DNA from: the human T2T-CHM13v2.0 reference genome, Homo sapiens
Reading direction: 5' to 3' (one strand)
Assembly (NCBI RefSeq): GCF_009914755.1
Contig: NC_060928.1
Length of the DNA stretch: 64,000 bases
Position numbers and translations under genes: made by a program
Notes under the pieces: generated by a model
The model's input: the letters and a program-made list of their open reading frames with translations, nothing else
What the model was told of the DNA's origin: nothing
The model's database searches: none
In this document: piece after piece, positions 29,858 through 45,164 of the stretch
Layout: the number at the start of each line of letters is the position of its first letter
Position numbering within the stretch: position 1 is the stretch's first letter

Positions 29858-30893
29858 CTTTGTGGTTTTATCTACTTTTGGTCTTTGATGATGGTGATGT
29901 ACAGATGGGTTTTTGGTGTGGATGTCCTTTCTGTTTGTTAGTTTTCCTTCTAACAGACAGGACCCTCAGCTGCAGGTCTGTTGGAGTTTGCTAGAGGTCC
30001 ACTCCAGACCCTGTTTGCCTGGGTACTAGCAGCGGTGGCTGCAGAACAGCAGATTTTCGTGAACCGCAAATGCTGCTATCTGATCATTCCTCTGGAAGTT
30101 TTGTCTCAGAGGAGTACCCAGCCATGTGAGGTGTCAGTCTGCCCCTACTGGGGGGTGCCTCCCAGTTAGGCTGCTCAGGGGTCAGGGGTCAGGGACCCAC
30201 TTGAGGAGGCAGTCTGCCCATTCTCAGATCTCCAGCTGTGTGCTGGGAGAACCATTGCTCTCTTCAAAGCTGTCAGACAGGGACATTTAAGTCTGCAGAG
30301 TTTACTGCTGTCTTTTTATCTGTCTGTGCCCTGCCCCCAGAGGTGGAGCCTACAGAGGCAGGCAGGCCTCCTCAAGCTGTGGTGGGGTCCACCCAGTTGG
30401 AGCTTCCGGGCTGCTTTGTTTACCTAAGCAAGCCTGGGCAATGGCGGGCACCCCTCCGCCAGCCTCGCTGCTGCCTTGCAGTTTGATCTCAGACTGCTGT
30501 GCTAGCAATCAGTGAGACTCCGTGGGCGTGGGACCCTCTGAGTCATGTGCGGGATACAATCTACTGGTGCGCCGTTTTTTAAGCCTGTTGGAAAACCACA
30601 GTATTAGGGTGGAAGTGACCCGATTTTCCAGGTGCCGTCTGTCACCCCTTTCTTTGACTAGGAAAGGGAACACCCTGACCCCTTGCACTTGCTGAGTGAG
30701 GCAATGCCTTGCCATGCTTCGGATCGCGCACGGTGCACTGCACCCACTGTCCTGCGTTGACTGTCTGGCACTCCCTAGTGAGATGAACCTGGTACCTCAG
30801 ATGAAAATGCAGAAATCACCCATCTTCTGTGTCACTCAGGCTGGGAGCTGTAGATCGGAGCTGTTCCTATTTGGCCATCTTGGCTGCCCTCCC
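29858..30893 (-). promoter_or_regulatory. L1 5' UTR (sense promoter pointing left, antisense promoter pointing right)
   Basis: Intact YY1 motif (ggccatctt, 30873-30881 on plus). ORF1 ATG at 29857 on minus and ORF0 ATG at 30441 on plus. Activity is not shown. Confidence 0.7.
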
Positions 30894-31396
30894 TAATCTA
30901 GCAATGCAGGCCAATATTCAGATTCAGGATATAGAGAATGCCACAAAGATACTCCTCGAGAAGAGCAACTCCAAGACACATAATTGTCAGATTCACCAAA
31001 GTTGAAATGAAGGAAAAAATGGTAAGGGCAGCCAGAGAGAAAGGTCGGGTTAGCCTCAAAGGGAAGCCCATCAGACTAACAGTGGATCTCTCAGCAGAAA
31101 CTCTACAAGCCAGAAGAGAGTGGGGGTCAATATTCAACATTCTTAAAGAAAAGAATTTTCAACCCAGAATTTCATATCCAGCCAAACAAAGCTTCATAAG
31201 TGAAGGAGAAATAAAATACTTTACAGACAAGCAAATGCTGAGAGATTTTGTCACCACCAGGCTTGCCCTAAAAGAGCTCCTGAAGGAAGCACTAAACATG
31301 GAAAGGAACAACCGGTACCAGCCATTGCAAAACCATGCCAAATTGTAAAGACCATCGAGGCTAGGAAGAAACCGCATTAACTAACGAGCAAAATAA

Positions 31397-35242
<3,846 letters not shown>

Positions 35243-35959
35243 ACAATGAGAACACATGGACACAGGAAGGGGAACATCACACTCTGGGGACTGTTGTGGA
35301 GTGGGGGGAGGGGAGAGGGATAGCATTAGGAGATATACCTAATGCTAAATGATGAGTTAATGGGTGCAGCACACCAGCATGGCACATGTATACATATGTA
35401 ACTAACCTGCACATTGTGCACATGTACCTTAAATCTTAAAGTATAAAAAAAAAAACAATGGGGAGGGTTCTGAGGGGACGAAGCACAGCAGGTCTATCAC
35501 CCTTTTTATCTAATATCTCCTTTTCTAATCACAAGCACTTAAATTCTTCACCATTGCCAGAACCGTAAACAATATGAGAGATGGAAATCAACACCTAGGA
35601 CATTAAAAATAACTGAAAAATCAGACAAATAGGGTGAAAATGATGTTTTACGCCTTATTAGTTTTCAGTTATTTTAAAGGAAGTCAGTGCTCGGAAACAG
35701 ATTAAGAACAAGGACACTAGATAGACTTGATCCTATAGCTCCTTTATCTTCAATTGGTTGTAACACTTGTTTTTAAATTGTTACCTTCCTTCTGGGTTTT
35801 TCTTTTTCATGTCTTGACTTAATGATCCAAATTATTTTTCTACTTAAATGTAAATAAGGCAAGCGTATTACTATATTCATGTAGTGATCAGATATGAAGG
35901 GTAATCAAAAGGAAAACAAGGGTACTTTTTTAGTTCTTCTCACATATTTTGTCTTGGGC

Positions 35960-36131
35960 AGCCCTCTCACCCAATGTGGCTAGCTCGAGTATAATTTTCA
36001 GTTAAAGACAAGGATATAGAGGCTTCGAGAAAGCATAAGACTGCCTAAGGTCACTACTCCTTAAGTAACATGGATGCGACCAGGATCAGGCACCCTCACT
36101 TTAAAGTTTAATATTTTTCCACAGTACTACC
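35960..36131 (-). mobile_element. MIR fragment
   Basis: gaggcttcgagaaag...gactgcctaaggtcac resembles the antisense MIR core. Confidence 0.6.
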
Positions 36132-37984
36132 ACACCACCATTTCATCCACTTTAGTAACTTGGGCAACTGATTCTAATACATTTATTGATTTACTATAGA
36201 AATTCTTCATAAGGAAGTTATAGAAATAGCAAGAGAAGTTAATTATAACCAGTTTTTATCTATGTAGAATCCCCAGGACATATGGATTCTCTTCCTTTCC
36301 TACCAGAAGGAAAGAACCAGCTCCAGTGTGTGTGTACTCAGCACTGCTGTCACTCATAAAGATGCCTGTTGGTAACTGGCCAATGATGTGTCAGCGAGGC
36401 TCTGCTTTCAAATTTTGAAAATTATTTTTTCCATTCTGAGAACATGTGTATGTTAGATTTAAGAAAAATAGAGGCATATTGCTCAGAAAACAGGTCATAT
36501 GCAAAACAGCAAAAAAAATAATAATAGCCCAAACATTTCTTACCAGAGGAGGCTTATGAATTAGTTTTCCACATAGAGAAATGTTTTAATATAACAGTTG
36601 ATACAAAGAAAGAAGAAAAAGCAGTATACACTTAAGAAGGAGGGTGAGGAAGCATGAGGCATAAAGCATCTGTTAGTCTATCAAATCAAATGAAGGATGC
36701 AACATCTAAAAAAGTTTTGAGAGATGAGTGTGAAAACCTTGAAAATAAAAAGAGCCTAGAAACTGAAGCACATTCTGTGTTTGCAGGTAACAGCACAAAG
36801 GGCTCCTGAGGCTCATACCCATTTCACTGTGAAGAGTTGCCACACCATTATTAAGTATGAATTGTCAGTCATGTCCAAGTAACTGATATTTCCTTTTCAA
36901 CACTGTTTTTAAAATAACTATTGTAAGAATCTTACCCCTCTTATACCATCATTAATTTCCAGGATAAAGCTAAGTGAAAAATTATTGAGCATAATTCACA
37001 GGCAATATCAACACAATTTGAATTTGCTTCTTATATAGTGTTAATGTTGGGTGCTATTGTTTTGTGTTGAACAAAGAAATAGTCTGGAAAGAAATTGAGT
37101 TAGATAACTTAGACAATTTGGTTATTGTAGTAGTGTTTAAAAGGTTTTTATTATATCTAAATCCTGAAAATATAAAATTATTGATTTGATTGTGTTCTTA
37201 GACCAGTACTGTTTTTCAGATTGCTTTCTTTATTTAAACAGATAAGCCTCCATTTTTAGAAGTTGTGTATCTAGAAATCTAGCCCTTCATAAAAAATAAA
37301 CTTTAAAAGGATCACTTACTTTAACAAAAGAGCCTCCATGTCATTTCTCTAACAATTACATTTTTCTTATTGATTTATAATGCCTTAAACAAAAAAAACC
37401 TCAAAATAAATTTCCTTCTGAATTACAATTAGTATTAATATTAATACAAAAATTATTTTTAAATATCTATAGGGGAGATTTTATTAGAGAGTACACTGTA
37501 TTATCTCCACATCTCTACTTCACCAGACCAGGACAGCTTAGGGAAAAAAATTATGATTCCACAAACACAGTAATAAATGTTTTTCTAATGATCCTCTCGA
37601 CCCACTGATGCAAATCCTTGGAAGTCTCCTCCATGGTTTTACTCATCTGCAAGAGAGATCTCAGGGGTACTAACTAAGAACTCTTCTCAACCTCAGCACA
37701 CTCCTCAGGCACCATTGTCAGGAAGCTACCCCATGATGACTCATCCCCGGGACCAGCTTCTATGATGGATCTGTTTCCATCGCCTAGCCTTGTAAGAATG
37801 TGAGTTATCCAAAGGGGAAAGAAAAGATTCAAATAATATTCCATGTCATATAATTAATTTAATGTTCTGTCCCTTGTATTTTAAAATATAAGCATTTCTC
37901 TTAAAGCCCAAGGGTTCAGAAGGCAGATTAGATATGATATAATTCAAGATACAGATTAATTAAGAAACATAATTTGCATTTTGC

Positions 37985-38182
37985 CATTGATTCTCAAGGT
38001 GTTTTCTACAGACCTCCTACATCAGAGCCACCAGACACTGTGGATGGTACTTATTACAATGCATGTTCCATGGCTCCATCACAGATTTAGCGTATCAGCG
38101 AGTTTGCAGTAGGGTCCGAAACCTGGGTTCTTAAGAATCCTACCATGTGATTCTTTTCGGCGTGCAGAAGTAGAAATGTCTG
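37985..38182. mobile_element. MER5-like hAT-Charlie MITE
   Basis: cattgattctcaag...catcagagccacc...tgattctt...agaaatgtctg with degenerate terminal inverted repeats. Confidence 0.65.
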
Positions 38183-38619
38183 CATGATGCAGGCCTCTCT
38201 TAACTGGATAGTGACACAGGATATGGTAATGTTTTAGCAGCAGGGGTAGTTTATTTTAACGGCTTTGTGTTTTGTTGGAAATATTACTGGATGATAGAAA
38301 TGTGTAAAAAACACTGTGGTAGCGAAACAAGACAAACCATTGCTCTTGAGCAAATGAAATAAACTATTAAAGATGGTGTCTTAGGGATGTTTATCTTCTG
38401 AACCTGATGTTTAGTTTTTATAGCTATTCATTTATAGTTATAAAAGCATTTTATTATTTAAATTCTTACAAGAAAAATAACTTTTTTCTTAATCTGAAGG
38501 TCCCTTGTCCTTAATATCACTAGTTTTACTGGAAAATAAAACTGATATATTAATATCTTTATTTTTATTTTTATTTTCAGTTCTCTTAGGAACTCTCAAG
38601 TTACAGAGGAGCAGACTGC

Positions 38620-38815
38620 TACTTTATATATTACTCACACACCTATGAGGTACCCATTCTTATTATCATTTCATAGATAAATGAACAGAACCTCAAAAAG
38701 GTTAATTAACTTGACCAAAGTCACACAGCAAATAAGTGGTAAAGTTAACACAGCAAATAAGTGGTAAAGTTAACACTAGCTCCAAGTCCAGGGGACTTTC
38801 TATAACATCATGCTA
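38620..38815 (-). mobile_element. MIR fragment containing a perfect 25-bp tandem duplication
   Basis: aggttaattaacttgaccaaagtcacacagc core. acacagcaaataagtggtaaagtta occurs twice, at 38723-38772. Confidence 0.8.
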
Positions 38816-38996
38816 CTCACTTGAAAAAGTGTATTTTGTTTATTCACTTTCAAATAGCCACTCTTGTCTTCTATGCCCCTTAAGCATCATGATAATCCAC
38901 AAATGGTATTATTTAAAAGGACAGGTTGATCAAATGGTTTTAATGGCAGTATTCCTTTTTAATAGGAATTCTAGAATAAACTAATAAAATATCATT

Positions 38997-38998
<2 letters not shown>

Positions 38999-39030
<32 letters not shown>
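38999..39030. repeat. (TG)16 microsatellite
   Basis: Perfect run. Confidence 0.98.
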
Positions 39031-39035
<5 letters not shown>

Positions 39036-40135
39036 TGCAAAGTGAATGAGGGATGGTTATTTTATGAATAATATTTATCTAAATGGACAAATAATTTCCC
39101 ATTATGTCACCCATGCACTCTTTCTTTCATGATGTTCATATCTTGTACTGCAACTTTCTAAAGGGAAAGTATGTTATGTCAGGCTAGTTGTACAAACATG
39201 CCTTTCTCACTTTAAAAGCATATGTGGAACTTTGCAAGTAACCAACCACAGGCTACTAAAATATTCTCAGATTTGAGCCTTCTGCGCTATTCCAATTAAG
39301 GTGGATCTTTCTCTCCACGTGGGAATTGCTCTACATAACTGATTACCAAGCACATCATGTAAATGGTTCTTAGAAACTGCAAACAGCCCATTATGGAGAA
39401 TCCACCTTATTAACAAAGGTCATATTAGAATCTCACCCTGGTAACTAATCACGTCAAATGTACAGTACATCAATAGGCACATAGACTAGGAAGCAGCGTT
39501 TTCCAATTAAGTGAATCAGTTTGACCTTCTGAACTATAAATAAACTGCAGCAACAGCTCCTGATTAGGCTTAAAGAGTCCAACTTCCATCTCAAACAAAT
39601 GCCTCAGAATTTAAGCATACTTAGAAAGTTAATCCTGTAAAGAGTCAATGAACGGATTTAAAATTTCAGCATTTATGCCTTGGACCTGAGTTTTCTCAAA
39701 TTTCTGCAGTGCAGGCAGAATGGGAATGGTATCCGTCTAAATAGATAAACAAAGCCTGAATTAGTTTTACCCTCCCTCGGGATAACCAATTTAACAGGAG
39801 CAAACCCATTTTCAAAACAGAATAAAATATTTACTTCCCTAAGTAATTACAGGGCTTGGTTGGACTACTACCACTACATAAAAATATGCAATTAACTATA
39901 CTCAGTGGAAACTTCAAGTACTTGTCAAAACATATTTTGACCCTTATTTATTTTTATCTGATGTCCATCCTAGAACTAATTCAAAACCCATTCACCCAAT
40001 TTAAATCTGAAGTTAAAATGCAATCTAGTTACTTAATTTAACATCATTATACTTAGTAACAAGGCTGACACTGCTAACCCATCTTCAAAAGAAAGTACAC
40101 TTGAGTTATTCTTCTAGTGTTGGTAATGGATTTCC

Positions 40136-40228
40136 ATAACCTTTCTAAGCATTAGTTTTCTCATTTGTAAAATGAAGGACTTGGAATAAATAAGTGTCAA
40201 GCTTCTTATAGCTCCACAACTTCTATGT
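40136..40228 (+). mobile_element. MIR3/MIRc fragment
   Basis: agttttctcatttgtaaaatgaagg core. Confidence 0.65.
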
Positions 40229-41363
40229 ATCTCTGCATGTACATGGCCTACCAAAGTGCAGGCATTGTTTAATCAGATAGAAATGATTAATTTTCAGCAG
40301 TATTCATTGCAATTTTAAGAATTTATGGGAGAGAAATGATAAACAAAGAAGAGTATAAATTCCCTCAAGTCAGATAAGTAATGCCTAGTATATTTTCCTA
40401 TGAGTAATAAAAGAGATGTAATAATTAGGGATACAAGCTCATTTTATATACAGATAATTTTAGAATTTTTATATGAATCCTTCAGTGTCTCAAAATATCT
40501 TTGAATAGCTATGTAGGCTTTTTCAATTTATGTTAAAGTCCGGACTCTGATAGGAGTTGGCAGAGACTCAGTTCCTTCATATAATTTTCTCTTTTAGTTA
40601 TGCAGGAACACTGCAAACAACAAGCCATACTTAGAAATTTCTCATATTAAGTCCTACCACTTAAATTGGTGAGATCTTCACTTATTGGATTTAATGGTGC
40701 CAATTATTCCTAGGCAGGGAGAGAGGAAGGGAGAGAAATCTTCTTTTACCAAAATCTTTGGTTAAATACACAGAGTATTTATTTCAAATTTTGAGAAAAT
40801 ATAATGTGATATTGAAATTCAAAATTGATCTTCATCCCATGAAGGTTGAGATTCAAAATTTTGCTTGACTGGTGTAACGGTTGGAAAATGAGCTCATCAT
40901 CTAATATTCTTGGGTGAAATCTTGGCTTTTGATAATATATTTCCCTCCAGTTTTGCACATATTACAAAAGAACTTACCACGACATGCATAAGTGTCTGAA
41001 GTGAAACTGTGAAGTTTCACTAGTTCTTTACTTTTTTCTCCATTTATGTACTGTTGTGTGCCCCTGGGGTGCTTTCATCCTCCAGATAGCACCATTTTTC
41101 CATCTCAAAGAAAGACATCTGACAGGTAGATTCACACAGAAGCTCTTGTGACTTAATATATTCTTCTTTCCAGAAGAACTAATATATTTGAAAGAGGGTT
41201 AGAGGGTTAACTCCAGTGGCTGAATTGCAATTAATAATATGCTACCCAAATAAATAAAGATATGTCTGATCAAAAGAATCTTCTGGATACCCTTCTTATT
41301 CTGTAACACAGGCAGGTGGCTATTATTCTTTCTTCTCACAAGGCTCTGAGAAGGTGCTGAGAC

Positions 41364-41478
41364 AATGTAAGCTCATAAGGGTTGGTAGTTTTATTCACTT
41401 TATTTACTGCTTTTACTCAACACCCAGAACAGTTCCTGACACAGAGTAAGAACTCAATAAATATAAATTAAACATAAA
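41364..41478 (+). mobile_element. L2 3' terminus
   Basis: aatgtaagctc...cccagaacagttcctgacacagagtaagaactcaataaata. Confidence 0.75.
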
Positions 41479-41619
41479 AATGTTTGCTGCCAAAATTCAT
41501 ACATGTCAACCCATGGGTGGTAGGGACTGCAGATACTTGGTTGTGGAACACATTATCTTGGGAACTCCAGGTATAAGTGGAAATGGGCTGCAGAAGTGTA
41601 ATGAGAAAAGGTGATGGAG

Positions 41620-41960
41620 ACTGGCATGAGTGTACCAAAATCATTTTCTCTTTCTTCTGAGCAGAGAGCTACACTAAATTTCCCAGCCTCTCCTGCAGTT
41701 AGATGTGGCCATGTGAGTGGGTTTTAGCTTCTTGACATTGGGCTGAAGTGATTTGGACAGCAGCCAGTTTTAGTTCTTCGAAACCTCCTGTAGGATCCTT
41801 TAAACTTTCTCTTACTCCTTGCCCAGATAAAAGAAGAGCCATCAGAACACTCCAAGCCCTATGAGAAGACAGAAGGAGGCCGGATACTGAATGAAGATAA
41901 AGAAGGCCCCTGTTGAACAAGAGTGTGTTGGAATTTTTTGTGGGTGAGGAGTATCCGTTA
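41620..41960 (+). mobile_element. MLT1I/J-like LTR fragment
   Basis: atttcccagcctctcctgcagttagatgtggccatgtga signature. Confidence 0.7.
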
Positions 41961-44568
41961 TCACCTTTAATTGTAAAAGGGAGCAGAAAGGACCATTCAG
42001 AGGAGCAGTGGTGAAGCAAGACAGAGCAACGGGCACCAGGACAAAGGGTCTAGAAATGTGGTTGGAAACATTGGTAGACTGGGGCATAAAAGAAGTAGGC
42101 AAATAGATTATGTAGAGTCAGAGTTTGATGTTAGGAGATGAGGAGAATTGGTCATCAGATCAGCAAATGAATGACTATAACTGCCGTGCTGTTGTAACCA
42201 TAAAAGATTGTTAATGAATGAAAGCTAAAGAACCATAACAGTGTGCTTGAGAGAAAAATATTTAAAAATATTAATAAGACAGATGCTTGATGAGAATGGC
42301 ACAGTAGTGACTTGACATATGTCTTTGAAATCAAAATTTGATCCTTATTCCCTAAGTTCCCTGTTTCTCAACAAAAAGATGATGAAAAATGAAAGGAAAT
42401 AAAAGGAATCTGATGAAGTGCAAAGTCTACTTGGAAATAAACCATATAAAGAATGATTCTATTTTTTTATGTTGGAAACTTTAGCAATTTTAGATTAAAA
42501 GATTCACTGCTGCTACTGATGTGGAATAGGCTCTGGTTCCTAGGGTACCAGGCAAATGCTTTAAGAGAAGAGGAAGTCACAAGTAAGTTTGTCTGCTTGA
42601 CTAGTTATTTAGAAATATAGTCTGCCAGTATCTGTGTGTGCTCTGAGATTCAAGAAGAACGTGAAAAATTAGAGGCCTCCCTATTAGAACAAGGGCAAAC
42701 ATAGAGACCACTCCTGTCAGTTAAATGCTTGTCTTCATTGCAGTTGGGTAGCTTCAGCTTTGTTATAGGCATTTCCTTTTTTCTGAAAAAAATAGGCATT
42801 TTAGGATTTTATTAAGATGAGTTTTCAGGGACAGAGTAAAATAGAAGAGGACATTTTTCCAATGAACTCTGAGGCAAATGTTTACTGAAGAACAGCCATT
42901 AATTAATCTGGGGACAATAAAACCCTTTTCCTGTCCTATCTCCAGTTAATAATGCATGACTAAAAGTTATGTTCTAACTGTAAATCAGGACAAACAACAC
43001 ATACCACAAACTTATTTCTCTCTCAAGTCCAATAGTTTGATATGTGTGATGTTATAAAATTCCCACTTCGGGCTGCACATCTAATGCTATCTTTGAAAAT
43101 GTGCTAACAAACTTGAAAGTACTGGGGCTTTTTAATACATTTTTATTACAATGAGAATTTTGAAAAATGAAATCTGACGCTTCTTACTCAGAACATAATG
43201 TGAATGCAGAATAGGAAATAAGAGTATGGAAACAGAATTTATGCCACACGGTAGGACTGTCTTAATTCATTATCTAGAATAGAATACTTTTTCTTTCACT
43301 TATTACATAATCATTTTTATGTTGCTTGCACATTTTTACATGAGAATGTGTTTTTCTCGAGAAGATTTTATATAGTCAAACTGACTCTGGGGAAGAGGGG
43401 CTGGGATAGCCCATTAATAATGTGTGAGGAACTCTGATGCTGCCTTCAAAAATGTACAGACCATTAGAAACTGTATTGAAGCGAAACTCTAAAATTTTAA
43501 GGAAGATATTTTTGAACTCTGGGAAGAACTGGTGAGTAGAAAATTAACTCATCATTTGGATTTATAATAAGCTGGTTCAAACAAATTGGGCTCGTTTAAA
43601 AATATCACCAATGCTGAAAATTATGAGTTATAAATTCATGAACTTATCATAACCAGAAACTTAAAGACACACTGAATACTAACCTCAAGACAGTCCAGCT
43701 AAGCTACTAAGTGCCTTTGTAAATTGGATAAGTTACTGAATCCCATTGATACCTATTTCTACACAGTAAAAAGGAAAAGTTAAATTAGGCTTGTGTTTTT
43801 CAAAATTTGATGCATTAGAGTTTTATAAACTGGAGACTTTGTGGGGAGAATACTGGTGTGGTAGTAGGATCTAAATTGAATGGCCAACTGTCATAACGGG
43901 AATTAATATAATTTGTGGTTATCTCATGACTCCAGTGATTCTAAGAATAAAAAAATAGGATTTCTGATGAATCCGGTGGTTTTCTTCTTACCTTAGAAAA
44001 CAGACAGTCATCACAAAGACATAGAAGGTGCAACTTAAAGTGAGGGTAAAGGATAAATCAGACTGATTATCTTAAGCCTAGTTGTCATCAGAGATGAGGT
44101 CAGAAAGGAAAGCACTATGAGCAACTTTGGAATGGTTTCCCTTGGTGAGGGGTCTTCTGTATAACCTCAATAGGGGAAAACTTCACCAGTCATAGAAACT
44201 TTCACTGTGGCACCCGTGGTTTATAATGTTTCAGGAACATCTGGGCAACATTCTGGGAGGGATTTTGTGGAGGAAAGTAACAATGGAAGCAGGGATTCAA
44301 TCAGCCAGAAGTAAACAGAGATGCAAATTCCAGTTGTGCTTATTTAAACAGGCATTTCCAATCACAATGGTAATGGTATCATCATCTATGGCAATCAGTT
44401 GAGACTGAGAGAGGAACAGAAAGTTAACTTTAGGGCCTGCAGTGAGATGGAGTCACGTTTCTCAGATGACATTAGTGGCAACAGCAGAAAGACTGGCAAT
44501 TGCACTGGTGCTCTGGTAAGCAGTGCCAGTTTGTTGATACTGGCAGATTTGGTAGAGGTTGTAAGTTA

Positions 44569-44636
44569 CAGGATGCCTGGTATGCCTCAATTATAAATGG
44601 TGCAGGATGCCTGGTTTGCTCCAATTATAAGTGGTG
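44569..44636. repeat. 34-bp tandem duplication (4 mismatches)
   Basis: caggatgcctggt.tgc..caattataa.tggtg x2. Confidence 0.9.
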
Positions 44637-45164
44637 CAGACCTTATTAGCAGTTTCAAGAATGAAGATGGTGTGGTGGGACTGTTGGGAAGCAGCATTCA
44701 AGTATTAGTGTTGGTGTGGATCATTTGGAGACTCCTGGAGCATTGGTGAGGGGAGTTCTGGTGATATCATGGAGAAAACGGTTCTGTTGGTGGAGTCAGA
44801 CATGCTGTTAGGAGAATGAAAGAGCATTTGTTGTTGCTATAAAATTGATAAACCTAAATTGAAATCTGCATGGTCAGAGTCATACATGATTTCTCTAAAT
44901 GGCTAATGGTGTATCAAGACTTAATGGAACACTGCCTTTTGGTATTAGTAGATATGGCAGAACCTGAAGCTGAGTTTCACGTTAAAAATGTGTCATTATT
45001 TGTAATTCTATTATGTAATTTTTTGTTTCATTTGTACAACTCCTAAAATACAATCAGTGAAGAAACCAAAAAGCCAGTATGTAGTTTCTTAGCCTTAATT
45101 TTCTTATATAAACTATTAATCAAGATGGCAATGGCTTTTGAATCAAAGGGCTATAATCAAACAG

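Noticed and set aside
10857-30893. Hypothesis that one large genomic inversion created both flipped 5' ends
   Set aside because: Each element has its own matching TSD pair and a different ORF1 breakpoint, and flipping this interval would not restore collinear L1s.
41000-41021. 9-bp stem AGTGAAACT-gtga-AGTTTCACT with a GNRA-type loop and IRF-like arms
   Set aside because: About one stem of this length is expected by chance in 64 kb, and there is no other support.
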